From: Candidatus Zixiibacteriota bacterium
GTDB taxonomy: Bacteria > Zixibacteria > MSB-5A5 > UBA10806 > 4484-95
DNA length: 34,876 bases
Direction: 5' to 3'
NCBI GenBank assembly: GCA_029932605.1
Contig: JAOZPT010000023.1
Coordinates: forward strand, 1-34,876
Shown: positions 8,668 through 17,683 of the stretch, piece after piece
Layout: the number at the start of each line of letters is the position of its first letter
Numbering within the stretch: position 1 is the first letter of the stretch
Translations under genes and position numbers: made by a program
Notes under the pieces: generated by a model
Databases searched by the model: none
What the model was told of the DNA's origin: nothing
What the model saw: only the letters and a program-made list of their open reading frames with translations

Positions 8668-10439
8668 ATAAATCACAAAACAATTTTTCGCAACCCGAGG
8701 GCAAGAAGCATTCTATGGAACGTTTGTTGATAGAAGCTTCCTACATCATCAATTCAGACCTCGAACTTGACTCACTTTTAAAAAACGTTCTTAAAATTCT
8801 CACCAAGTATCTCAACGCCGAAGCATCGGCAATGCTCCTGCTTGATGTAAGCAGCGGTCGCTCTGAGTTTTTCGTTTTTTCCGCCAACCAGGACCTGGTC
8901 AGCAAATCAAAAAGCTCAAAAGACGATAAAGGGATAATCGCAATGGTGACAGAAAAAAAGAAACCCATGCTCATAAAAAAGTTCACTCCTGGCGGTCATC
9001 TTAAAAGTATTGTTGACCAGAAATTGGGAATTTCGGCACGTAACCTTATAGCTATTCCCATCAAACATAAAAACGAATTCCTCGGCGTCATTGAGGTCGT
9101 CAACAAAAAGGATGCTGATAATTTCGATGCGGATGACCTTGAGATAATGAAAGCCCTGGGTGAACAGATAGCCATAGCCATAGATAACGCTAATCTCATC
9201 CAACAGGCCCGCCGAAAAACCAGAGAGGCTCAAAACCTTTACGTGGTCGGTAAGCTTATGGCTGGTAAACTTGAACTTGAGGAATTATTAGAGTTAATTG
9301 TCAAACGAGTTAGCCGCTTGGTGAAAGTAGATGTTGCTACAATATACATCGTTGACCCAGATGATCATTCAATCAAGGAAATAGTATCAAAAGGTGTGCC
9401 CAAACATTTTCAGTCTAAACTCACCCTCAAAATCGGCCAGGGAATATGTGGCTTGGTAGCTAAAACCGGTCAGTCAATCGTTCTCAACGATGTTACCGAG
9501 AATAAGCAGTATATATCTCTTCGTCCCCAGACAAAAAGTGAAATTGCCGTCCCACTTAAATCGCAAGGTAAGGTAATCGGTGTTTTCAATGTGGAAGCAG
9601 ACAAAAAAAATGCCTATACCAAAGATGACCTCAGATTGATGAAGACCTTTGCCAATCATGCAGCGGTATCAATAGAGCGGGCTCTTTTATATCGCCGGAC
9701 CATTGAACAAAAAGCCCTTGAGGAAGAACTTGCCATTGCCAGAAGAATCCAGAAAACGTTTCTTCCTAAAAGAAGTCCCCAGATACCAGGTTTTGATATC
9801 GATGGTATTAATATTCCCTCCGAAGTAGTAGGTGGCGATTATTACGATTTCATCAATATCGTTAATAATCAGTTGGGAATAGCCATAGGTGATGTCTCGG
9901 GTAAAGGTATAGGTGCGGCACTTATCATGGCATCATTTAGAGCATCCCTTAAAGCTGAAATCAGGAACAACTTCGCCATTCGAACCATATTCGCTAAGGT
10001 CAATTCTCTGCTCTATGAATCAATTGAAAGGGAGAATTATGTCACCGCTGTTTACGGGGTACTCGATATAAAGAACCATGTCTTCACATTTTCCAACGCT
10101 GGACATAATCCACCACTATTGTTTAAATCAGATGGGGAAGTTATTGAACTGCAAGAGGGTGGAATAGCTCTGGGAATGTTCGCCAACTCACTTTATGAGG
10201 AAAGGCCCCTTTATATCGAAAATGGTGATATACTGCTTTTCTATACCGATGGGGTGACAGAGGCAATTAACAAAGAAGGACAGGAGTTTGGTTTAAACCG
10301 CCTGAAAAACCTGGTGGAAGATAATAGAAAATCAAGCGCTAAAGATATTATAAATAACATAACCAATACTGTTTTTAAATTCAAAGACACCGAAAAACCG
10401 CTTGATGACCTGACAATGATTTTGATAAAATGCCTGTAG
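8664..10439 (+). CDS. GAF-GAF-PP2C (SpoIIE/RsbU-type) phosphoserine phosphatase
   Basis: Two GAF domains; VGGDYYD, IGDVSGKG, NAGHNPP, YTDGVTEA, DDLT. Confidence 0.93.
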   Translation: MNKSQNNFSQPEGKKHSMERLLIEASYIINSDLELDSLLKNVLKILTKYLNAEASAMLLLDVSSGRSEFFVFSANQDLVSKSKSSKDDKGIIAMVTEKKKPMLIKKFTPGGHLKSIVDQKLGISARNLIAIPIKHKNEFLGVIEVVNKKDADNFDADDLEIMKALGEQIAIAIDNANLIQQARRKTREAQNLYVVGKLMAGKLELEELLELIVKRVSRLVKVDVATIYIVDPDDHSIKEIVSKGVPKHFQSKLTLKIGQGICGLVAKTGQSIVLNDVTENKQYISLRPQTKSEIAVPLKSQGKVIGVFNVEADKKNAYTKDDLRLMKTFANHAAVSIERALLYRRTIEQKALEEELAIARRIQKTFLPKRSPQIPGFDIDGINIPSEVVGGDYYDFINIVNNQLGIAIGDVSGKGIGAALIMASFRASLKAEIRNNFAIRTIFAKVNSLLYESIERENYVTAVYGVLDIKNHVFTFSNAGHNPPLLFKSDGEVIELQEGGIALGMFANSLYEERPLYIENGDILLFYTDGVTEAINKEGQEFGLNRLKNLVEDNRKSSAKDIINNITNTVFKFKDTEKPLDDLTMILIKCL

Positions 10440-10694
10440 TATTCGGCATATAAAAAAACCGTTTACAACCAGAACATAAAGAGATTTAACATATATGATT
10501 CACAAAACTAAAAATATGCAAGTATAATACTATAATCAGAAAGCAAGCTGGTGTTCTTTAGAAGCCCAGCGCCAAAATACAAATCTACATTTGCCTTTGC
10601 CGATATAAAAACAAGACACCGGGAAATAAGTTCGATATATCGGCTGTTTGAGATAATGTCAGGAAATATACTGGATGTGGCATATACATGTTTC

Positions 10695-11096
10695 TCATTT
10701 TCTTTTCTTGAGCTTTTCCTCTGATTCTTTATTATCCGTGGTCTTCCGTTTGGAAACTTTCACCTTCTGGGGCTTTTTCTCCGGTGATTTTAAACGTTTG
10801 GATTTATTGGAGATTTTATCTCTTTTCACCTCTGGAGGCCGGCGACGCTTGATATTGTCATTAATGCCATCGCCGTTGGAATCGATAAATCTGTCCTTTT
10901 TAACAACCGGAACCCTTTTATCTAAAGATGGCTGGGTTATCTTTGCTTTCTGCTGATCCTTGGTTTTTTTAACGACCTTCTCTGTTTTTTGGGATTTGGT
11001 GGAGTCTTTGCTTTTTGGCACTTTTTTAACCGCCAGAACCTCGGCACCTCCAAAAGCGATAAACATCACCAGCACCAGTGTTACCACCTTCTTCAT
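10695..11096 (-). CDS. Exported Lys-rich protein with a DxNGDGIND Ca2+-binding-type loop
   Basis: Signal peptide MKKVVTLVLVMFIAFGGAEVLA; FIDSNGDGIND; ATGA coupling to the upstream gene. Confidence 0.75.
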   Translation of the reverse strand: MKKVVTLVLVMFIAFGGAEVLAVKKVPKSKDSTKSQKTEKVVKKTKDQQKAKITQPSLDKRVPVVKKDRFIDSNGDGINDNIKRRRPPEVKRDKISNKSKRLKSPEKKPQKVKVSKRKTTDNKESEEKLKKRK

Positions 11097-12511
11097 CTCT
11101 TACCTCTCTTTCCCGGGGTTCTCCAATTAGATTTTGTTACATTTCTTTTAACAGAAGGTGTACCAATCGATCGATTAGAATTATTCCGGGTGCTTTTCTT
11201 TATATGTTCTGGATTTGTTGCCTTTGGTTGTTTTTTCCCTATCGACTTCGAGTTTGATTTTACTTTTTTATCATTTTTGATAGTTTTATTCTTAGAACTT
11301 TTAACATCATGTGATTGCTTGGATTTTTTATTTATTTGTCTACTTTTTTTTATCTTTTTACTTGTGTCTTTAGATTTTTTGCTAATACCGGTATCATGCC
11401 GTTTATCGATAACAGGTTTCCTTTTGAGCTTATCACTTGATGAATCGTAACGCTGGCGTGTAAGCTTTGAACCGGTAGTCTTAGGTGGCTTCTCCGGGCT
11501 TGCTGTCTGGCGTATCTCGTGCTTACTTGAATATTTCTGCGTTATCCGGGATGGAGGATGTTTGTACTTTTTGGAATGTTTAACCGGATGCTTAACCACG
11601 TCTCGTATGAAGTCAGGTTCATTTCGGTATTTTTTCTGCTTAAACTTCCAGTGTTTAAATTTGGAGCGTCCATAATCAAAATCCCGAAACCTGCGTTTTA
11701 TCTTGGCATCGACATAATATCTCTGACCATGCCTGATATAGATGTAATCCTGCCAGCAGGGATAGCCGTTATAGTATAACCAGACCCAATGATGACCTAT
11801 ATAAATTGAAGGAATTAGAATAGGTGCAATACCATAATAACAACCATCGATCCAGACCTCAGCGTATGGGAAATTACAACCGATCCAGATTGAACTCATA
11901 TAATATGGATCGATTTGCCAGTAACGGTACCAGCGATGATGACGATAACTGTCATCGATATAGAACATGGTGCTGGCCATCACATAGGGTCCATTAACTA
12001 TGCGATCATTCAGACGAGAGACGAAAACATCCCGTTCTCCACTCATTGTGTGGATAAAGTCATCGTAGTAGTAATCCCAATCGCCGTATTCATAGAACTC
12101 ATAGCGAATGAAGTCGGGCGATTCGATGTAATCATAACTGGCTACCGCATATATGAATTCTTTTCCTCTTGGACCGGTTACCTCAAGACGGTAGTCGTCG
12201 TAAGTATCGGGTATTCGATAAACCTCACCACCGCGAACATAACAATCACCATCATATTCTTCGGGGTAAAGAAGACTTACATTACCGGCCGGATCGATAT
12301 CATAAACAACCATGTAGCAGTCATCCGAGGCTCGAAAATATATCGCCACATCCTCGCCAAAATAATATGTCGCGCCATCACCCTTGTTAACCCAGATATC
12401 GATATCCAGAGCGTTTACCCTGTTGATACCGGTGTGGTTCTCAGCAGAAGATACAACCGGAAGAACCACTATAATAACTACCACCATCATCGAATACAAA
12501 TACTTACGCAT
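11093..12511 (-). CDS. Exported DUF4384-like + PEGA-like protein with a basic disordered tail
   Basis: Signal peptide; IDIWVNKG..Y..GEDVAIYF...YDIDPAGNVSLLYP...GKEFIYAVAS (DUF4384-like); AEVWIDG..YGIAP (PEGA-like); long K/S/R-rich C-terminus; AGGTGG RBS before ATG 12511. Confidence 0.8.
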   Translation of the reverse strand: MRKYLYSMMVVVIIVVLPVVSSAENHTGINRVNALDIDIWVNKGDGATYYFGEDVAIYFRASDDCYMVVYDIDPAGNVSLLYPEEYDGDCYVRGGEVYRIPDTYDDYRLEVTGPRGKEFIYAVASYDYIESPDFIRYEFYEYGDWDYYYDDFIHTMSGERDVFVSRLNDRIVNGPYVMASTMFYIDDSYRHHRWYRYWQIDPYYMSSIWIGCNFPYAEVWIDGCYYGIAPILIPSIYIGHHWVWLYYNGYPCWQDYIYIRHGQRYYVDAKIKRRFRDFDYGRSKFKHWKFKQKKYRNEPDFIRDVVKHPVKHSKKYKHPPSRITQKYSSKHEIRQTASPEKPPKTTGSKLTRQRYDSSSDKLKRKPVIDKRHDTGISKKSKDTSKKIKKSRQINKKSKQSHDVKSSKNKTIKNDKKVKSNSKSIGKKQPKATNPEHIKKSTRNNSNRSIGTPSVKRNVTKSNWRTPGKRGKR

Positions 12512-12529
12512 GACAATCACCACCTATAC

Positions 12530-12922
12530 TTATTTCCCTCTTCGGGGTTTCTTCCCCTCTTCTTCGGGGGAATGTTTCTTTTTATGTTTAGCTTCATCTT
12601 TTGACTTTCTATTCTTTTTATATTTTTCCCTATATTCCCTATCTTCCTTCTGTCTCTCCCTGACAATCTTGCGATCATATTTTTTATAGACATAATCTGC
12701 ATGCTTCGCATTTCTACGCTTGTAATAATAACCGTCTCCAACAACTCTAAAGACATAATAATCGCAATTTGTATAAACCCTCACCCACCGGGGACGATGA
12801 TGGCAATCATAGCAGTATGCCGGAGCATACCGTGGCCTGTGCCAGAAAGCGATATAAGTCACACAGCTGGTAGATGCCAAAGCAAAAACCGTTATCAGTA
12901 ATATTAAAATCCATCTTCTCAC
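12530..12922 (-). CDS. Small basic predicted lipoprotein with a CxxCH motif
   Basis: GGAGGGG RBS, GTG start, hydrophobic leader ending ASTSC, CYDCH, K/R/E-rich tail. Confidence 0.75.
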   Translation of the reverse strand: MRRWILILLITVFALASTSCVTYIAFWHRPRYAPAYCYDCHHRPRWVRVYTNCDYYVFRVVGDGYYYKRRNAKHADYVYKKYDRKIVRERQKEDREYREKYKKNRKSKDEAKHKKKHSPEEEGKKPRRGK

Positions 12923-12933
12923 TTTATCCCCTC

Positions 12934-13773
12934 CTAATTATCCTGCACTATCGTTTCAACGTGTTTGGGCATTCCGGGAACAATCTTTAATTCACGATTA
13001 CCAGGATCGATTTGATAAGCCCAAGCAAATTCCATAGCTGGTACATCATAATCAAAAAACAGGTCGGTTACCCAGACACGGGCATAATGCCACTCACCAA
13101 AATGCCGTAATTTAAGCACATACATATGCCCCTCAATTGCCTCAATACTATTAAATCCAGACCAACCATCAGGAGGTGCATAGCCAACATCATCGAAATC
13201 ATCTGCATAACCGAAATCCTGGATATAATAATCCTCAAACCTTACATTTATAAAAAACGCTTCAAGTAAAACATCGTAATCGAGGTAAATATCGCAATCT
13301 TCAGAATCCCATCGAACAACTTCACCGAGATAAAGATCAAACCCGGAGTAATTTGGCTCATAATAATAATCATAAATTACCTCATCAAAACCTTCAGGAC
13401 GAGGAGTGTCCATGGCAAACGCTTCACTTAAATCAGATTCATTCCCGGATTCATCATAAGCTGATAACCTGTAATAATAAGTATTACCATTAATAACTTC
13501 GGTATCAACCCAATCGGTATCGGGGTGACTGATATCTGCTTTCAATGTAAATGTCCCTGTTTCAGAAGTATTACGATATACGAGATAGCCATCTATGTCA
13601 TCCACCTCAACCGGGTGCCAGTAAATATAAACCGCTTCATCAGCTGTAACTGAGGTGATTCCCGAAGGAGGAGGTGGGTATTCATCTAAATACACATATT
13701 CAGTGGTAGTTTTCTCACAGCCAGCAACGAAAATTAAACCTGCCAATAATCCTAAAATCACTAACTTTCTCAC
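12934..13773 (-). CDS. Acidic lipoprotein with a fibronectin type III domain
   Basis: AAGGAGG RBS + GTG 13773; lipobox VAGC; Fn3 pattern PPPPSGI...W...GYLVYR...YYYRLSAYDESGNES. Confidence 0.85.
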   Translation of the reverse strand: MRKLVILGLLAGLIFVAGCEKTTTEYVYLDEYPPPPSGITSVTADEAVYIYWHPVEVDDIDGYLVYRNTSETGTFTLKADISHPDTDWVDTEVINGNTYYYRLSAYDESGNESDLSEAFAMDTPRPEGFDEVIYDYYYEPNYSGFDLYLGEVVRWDSEDCDIYLDYDVLLEAFFINVRFEDYYIQDFGYADDFDDVGYAPPDGWSGFNSIEAIEGHMYVLKLRHFGEWHYARVWVTDLFFDYDVPAMEFAWAYQIDPGNRELKIVPGMPKHVETIVQDN

Positions 13774-13821
13774 AAGAGCCTCCTTCTTTAAAAGCAATTT
13801 CCCTCGTTCATACTAATATCA

Positions 13822-13838
13822 ATCAATATCCATGCCAA
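13822..13838 (-). promoter_or_regulatory. Sigma54 (-24/-12) promoter TTGGCATGGATATTGAT
   Basis: Matches YTGGCACGNNNNTTGCW with correct spacing; -12 GC replaced by GA; adjacent to a sigma54 activator gene. Confidence 0.75.
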
Positions 13839-13905
13839 AATAATGATGTAACTATCCTCCCGTCTTACAATCAGTTGCAATTTACATAAAAAGCCCACCC
13901 GCTTT

Positions 13906-13949
13906 AAATGCACAAATATTGTTCAATTTTCCCACTCGTTTGTGCATTT
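13906..13949. promoter_or_regulatory. Tandem enhancer (UAS) sites for an NtrC-family activator
   Basis: TGCACAAATATTGTTCA (13909-13925) and TCCCACTCGTTTGTGCA (13930-13946), 21 bp apart, resembling NtrC TGCACCA-N3-TGGTGCA; outer arms form a perfect 11-bp inverted repeat. Confidence 0.7.
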
Positions 13950-14047
13950 CGTTCTTTTTAAAAAATTAGATTATACACTCCTTTCTTTAAGTTAATAACA
14001 TTACCAAGTTTTCTATTCACTTTATTTACTTAGAACAAAATATATCT

Positions 14048-15397
14048 TCACAAAGATTTGTTTATCCCATATTGTTTCATTTTAAGGCGCAGGGTATTTC
14101 GATGAATTCCCAGAAGCTCAGCTGCCTTTATCAATTGTCCTTTGGTTCTTTGCAGTGCTTCAATAATCGCCTTTTTTTCAAGTGTGGTTAAGTTGAGATT
14201 TTCAGACAGAATGGCAGAACCTCCCGATGAGACTTTAAACGCCTCTAAACTTTCGCTATCAATAGCCCCTGTTCTGGTTAGCACAACCGCCCTCTCAATA
14301 GTGTTTTCCAGCTCCCGGACATTGCCCGGCCATCTATGTGAAAGCAAAAGATCCTTTGCCTGCGGGGTAATACCCTCAATCTTCTTTCCGACCTTGTTAG
14401 AAAATTTATCTATAAAATAATTAACCAACGGTAAAATGTCCTCTTTTCTCTCCCTGAGAGGTGGGAGATTGATAGGTATGACGTTTAATCGATAATACAG
14501 GTCCTCTCGGAAACTACCATCTTTGACCTTAGACTCGATATCTCGATTGGTAGCGGTTACCAGACGAATATCGACCTTTATATTCTCAGAACCACCAAGG
14601 CGTTCAAACGATTTTGTTTCCAGGACTCGCAGAAGTTTTATCTGCATGGGAAGTGATATATCACCGATTTCGTCGAGAAAAATGGTTCCTTTATGGGCAA
14701 GCTCAAACCGCCCTATACGCCTTCTAACAGCACCTGTAAAAGCTCCTTTCTCATATCCAAAAAGTTCTGACTCAAGGAGGGGTTCTGGTAATGCAGCACA
14801 ATTAACGGCTAAGAACGGTTTATCTCTTCGGTTTGAGCTTGAATGTATCGCCCGAGCCACAAGCTCTTTACCCGTTCCCGACTCTCCCTTTATAAACACC
14901 GTAGAATCAGTTTTGGCGATAACCGATATATCGGAAAGCATCTTTTTAAAAACAGGAGATTGACCGATAAACTCAGGAAAACTCTCAACGGTTTCAAGTT
15001 TCCGGCGAAGGTAGCGATTTTCGGCAACCAGCCTATGGCTCTTTTCTACTTTTTTAAGAATTATATCCAATTGCTCAAGTTTCACTGGTTTTATCAGGTA
15101 ATCGGTAGCCCCCGCTTTCATAGCCTCAACAGCATCCTCGATGGAACCATAAGCAGTGATAACCACCACCTCCATATCCGGATAGATTTTCTTAATTTTT
15201 TTAAGCAGGGTTAAACCATCCATCTCCGGCATGCGCATATCTGTAATTGCTACTTCAGCACCCTCCCTTTTTAACAGTTCTAAAGCTATGAGACCAGATG
15301 AAGCTTCCCTGACCATATGTTTTTGTTTCTTCAGATATCCACCAAGCAGATGACGTTGGTTTTGTTGGTCATCGATAACTATAATTCGCACACTCAC
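14048..15397 (-). CDS. Sigma54-dependent response regulator (REC-AAA+-Fis HTH; ZraR/AtoC/NtrC family)
   Basis: TDMRMP receiver, GESGTGKE, ESELFGYEKGAFTGA, WPGNVRELEN, AAELLGIHRNTL. Confidence 0.97.
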   Translation of the reverse strand: MSVRIIVIDDQQNQRHLLGGYLKKQKHMVREASSGLIALELLKREGAEVAITDMRMPEMDGLTLLKKIKKIYPDMEVVVITAYGSIEDAVEAMKAGATDYLIKPVKLEQLDIILKKVEKSHRLVAENRYLRRKLETVESFPEFIGQSPVFKKMLSDISVIAKTDSTVFIKGESGTGKELVARAIHSSSNRRDKPFLAVNCAALPEPLLESELFGYEKGAFTGAVRRRIGRFELAHKGTIFLDEIGDISLPMQIKLLRVLETKSFERLGGSENIKVDIRLVTATNRDIESKVKDGSFREDLYYRLNVIPINLPPLRERKEDILPLVNYFIDKFSNKVGKKIEGITPQAKDLLLSHRWPGNVRELENTIERAVVLTRTGAIDSESLEAFKVSSGGSAILSENLNLTTLEKKAIIEALQRTKGQLIKAAELLGIHRNTLRLKMKQYGINKSL

Positions 15398-17433
15398 CTC
15401 ATAACAGGTATGGTTAAAATAAACTTAGTCGGGCCACCAATTTTTGACTCAACTCTTAAATCACCACCATGGTCAACGGCTATCCTATGGGCAGTGGCCA
15501 ATCCCAGACCGGTTCCTCCCGGTTTATCAGTGTAAAACGGTTTAAACAGATTTCGTTGTTGTTGATCTGAGATACCCGGTCCATCGTCGCTTACAACCAA
15601 CACCATTCGCCGGACGTCATTACCGGAACCGTCAAACTCAAACATAGTTGAAACCTCTATATGGCCATTTTCCCCAATCGCTTCGATTGCGTTCTTAATA
15701 AGATTGGATAAAACCCCTTTTATGGCTTCTTTATCTATTCGCACTTTTCCATTTGCCACTTTCGTTTTTATCTCTATAGAACGAGCGCTGGCTTCGTACT
15801 TATAAAGCGAAACCACCTCCTCTATAACTTGTTTTATATTAGCTTCCTGAAATTCCAACTTACCGCTTTTAGCCACCTGCAGTATTTTCTCAACGATCAT
15901 ATCAAGGTTCCTGTGCTCAGAATTTAATGTAGCTAAAAACTCATCGAATTCCTCTCGGCCGGATTCTACTTTTATTTCACTACCAAGCCTCTGGATAATC
16001 ATCCCGATGGAGTTAAGGGGGTTTCTTATTTCATGAGCCAGACCGGCCGCTACAGTACCCAATTCCGAAAGGCGCTGAGCTTGTTGTGCCTGGCGTTCCA
16101 AAGCCCGTCTTCTTGATATATCATGGGCAACAACGATAACACCGGTTGGTTTACCTTCCGCATTAAACAAAGGATTGGTTGATACCAGGAGATTCATGGG
16201 ACCAGAACTGCCTATTATCTGAGTTTCAAAGCTTTTAGATTTTTTCTCCTTTAATACGGATTTTACCATAAAGGGGTCACCCGGGAAATAATGGTCGTAA
16301 CTCCACGTTTTCGGTTCGCCATCGGGGAGGCCAAAATTTTTTCTGGCTGATACATTGGCGGTAATTATCTGCAGTTTTTCATCAGTTGATAATACTATTC
16401 CAGCAATAGAATCATGTAAAGAACGTGAAATAGCTCTGGCTCTACCAAGAGCGCTTTCCATAATACTCAAATTTTGATAACCGGCAAATATCCCAAAACC
16501 TACTATTCCCAGAACAACCAATAATATGACAAACAGCCAGACCTGTTTCTGAAAGTTGGCTGTAAGCTGGCGGTATCCATAAAGAGAAAGGCCAACCCTG
16601 AACAAACCAAAAAACTCTCCACCCGAGTTGAATGTCTGCACCACTTCAAGTACTTTCCTATCTTGGAAACTGACGGTGCGATAAAGAGCGCTATCGGCCT
16701 CAAGCGCTTTCGCCAGAAATGGATCATCCTCAATACGGTCCATCTGTGAAACCTGTTTGGAGGCAAAGACAATACCATCGTAATTTTGCAATACGATATA
16801 TTCGACACCCACCTCCAATGAAAGTTGATTTAGAAGGTATGCCAACGACAACTTACGGTCAGCATACTGACCCACAGTCCAGGGATAAACAATAAGGATA
16901 AAAGTATCGCCTTTATATGGTAAAAGACCAAATAAAAACCTCCTATCTTGAATAAAATAAAAATCATAAATTATATCAAATGGCTGGTCAATCTGGACGT
17001 TTTCTAAAAAATACGTCTGCAGGCTGTCAAGAATTCCTGATATGTTACGGGGTTCGGTCTCCATTTTATGGATAACGGATTTTCCGCGGTCGTAGATGGA
17101 TGCCCGTATAAGCCCAAGCTTTGCCACCAACGTTTCCAGGAAATCGGGCTCGTTTTCATAGACCTGACTTGCGATAGTTAGTTCGATTTCAGATACAATT
17201 TCATCAACCGCTATATCAGTAATCTGACGGTCAGTTGTGATTATATTCGATGCCGAGGCGACAAGTACCGTTGTCAATGCTCTTCCCTGCTGAACAATAC
17301 CGGCCAGTGTAGCTTTTCTACCCGCTCGCACCGAAAAGTAACCAGCGGCAATAAGTATTACAATCAGGAGAATAAACGACGCCAGGACATAACGTAGCTT
17401 AAGGCCGAAAAATATCTTTAACCTGCGATTCAC
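15394..17433 (-). CDS. Membrane sensor histidine kinase (periplasmic domain, PAS-like, HisKA, HATPase), ZraS/HydH-like
   Basis: Two TM helices, LAHEIRNPL, NLIKNAIEA, DDGPGI, GTGLGLA; start uncertain among 17439/17436/17433. Confidence 0.93.
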   Translation of the reverse strand: MNRRLKIFFGLKLRYVLASFILLIVILIAAGYFSVRAGRKATLAGIVQQGRALTTVLVASASNIITTDRQITDIAVDEIVSEIELTIASQVYENEPDFLETLVAKLGLIRASIYDRGKSVIHKMETEPRNISGILDSLQTYFLENVQIDQPFDIIYDFYFIQDRRFLFGLLPYKGDTFILIVYPWTVGQYADRKLSLAYLLNQLSLEVGVEYIVLQNYDGIVFASKQVSQMDRIEDDPFLAKALEADSALYRTVSFQDRKVLEVVQTFNSGGEFFGLFRVGLSLYGYRQLTANFQKQVWLFVILLVVLGIVGFGIFAGYQNLSIMESALGRARAISRSLHDSIAGIVLSTDEKLQIITANVSARKNFGLPDGEPKTWSYDHYFPGDPFMVKSVLKEKKSKSFETQIIGSSGPMNLLVSTNPLFNAEGKPTGVIVVAHDISRRRALERQAQQAQRLSELGTVAAGLAHEIRNPLNSIGMIIQRLGSEIKVESGREEFDEFLATLNSEHRNLDMIVEKILQVAKSGKLEFQEANIKQVIEEVVSLYKYEASARSIEIKTKVANGKVRIDKEAIKGVLSNLIKNAIEAIGENGHIEVSTMFEFDGSGNDVRRMVLVVSDDGPGISDQQQRNLFKPFYTDKPGGTGLGLATAHRIAVDHGGDLRVESKIGGPTKFILTIPVMR

Positions 17434-17439
17434 CACCAA

Positions 17440-17469
17440 ATGATAATATCAGTTTATGTTATGTGTCAA
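17440..17469 (-). promoter_or_regulatory. Sigma70 promoter TTGACA-N18-TATCAT, 6 nt before GTG 17433
   Basis: Read directly on the minus strand. Confidence 0.6.
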
Positions 17470-17530
17470 GAAGATAGGAAGGAGTAGTTTCAAATGTTCA
17501 GTCGGGTCTTAGCGAAACTTCACCATAAGT

Positions 17531-17683
17531 TTATTTGACAGCCTCGGAGTTGCCCACCATACCCAGAGCAAAGAAATAAGTGGATTTCTTGTAGCGCTCA
17601 ACCAAGACCCTGAATTTTCTCAAGTTGCCTTTTAGGCACTGTTCCACAAGGATGTTATCCTCCAGTTCCATCTATTTGTCCAT
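17531..17683 (-). pseudogene. 5' stub of the ECF sigma factor
   Basis: ATG GAC AAA TAG then an open 46-codon frame MELEDNILVEQCLKGNLRKFRVLVERYKKSTYFFALGMVGNSEAVK; 13 differences in 142 nt versus 452-593. Confidence 0.92.

Noticed and set aside
10546..10644. Short inverted repeats (GCTGG...CCAGC; GCCGATATA...TATATCGGC) between convergent genes
   Set aside because: Weak stems or a long spacer with no clear U-tract; at most a poor terminator
11093..11560. Low-complexity A/T-run region as a possible tandem repeat or CRISPR array
   Set aside because: No fixed repeat unit; reflects Lys/Ser codons
10675..12901. Long plus-strand Phe/Leu-rich ORFs (e.g. 10989-11450, 11915-12604)
   Set aside because: Antisense shadows of Lys-rich minus-strand genes that have signal peptides and RBS sites
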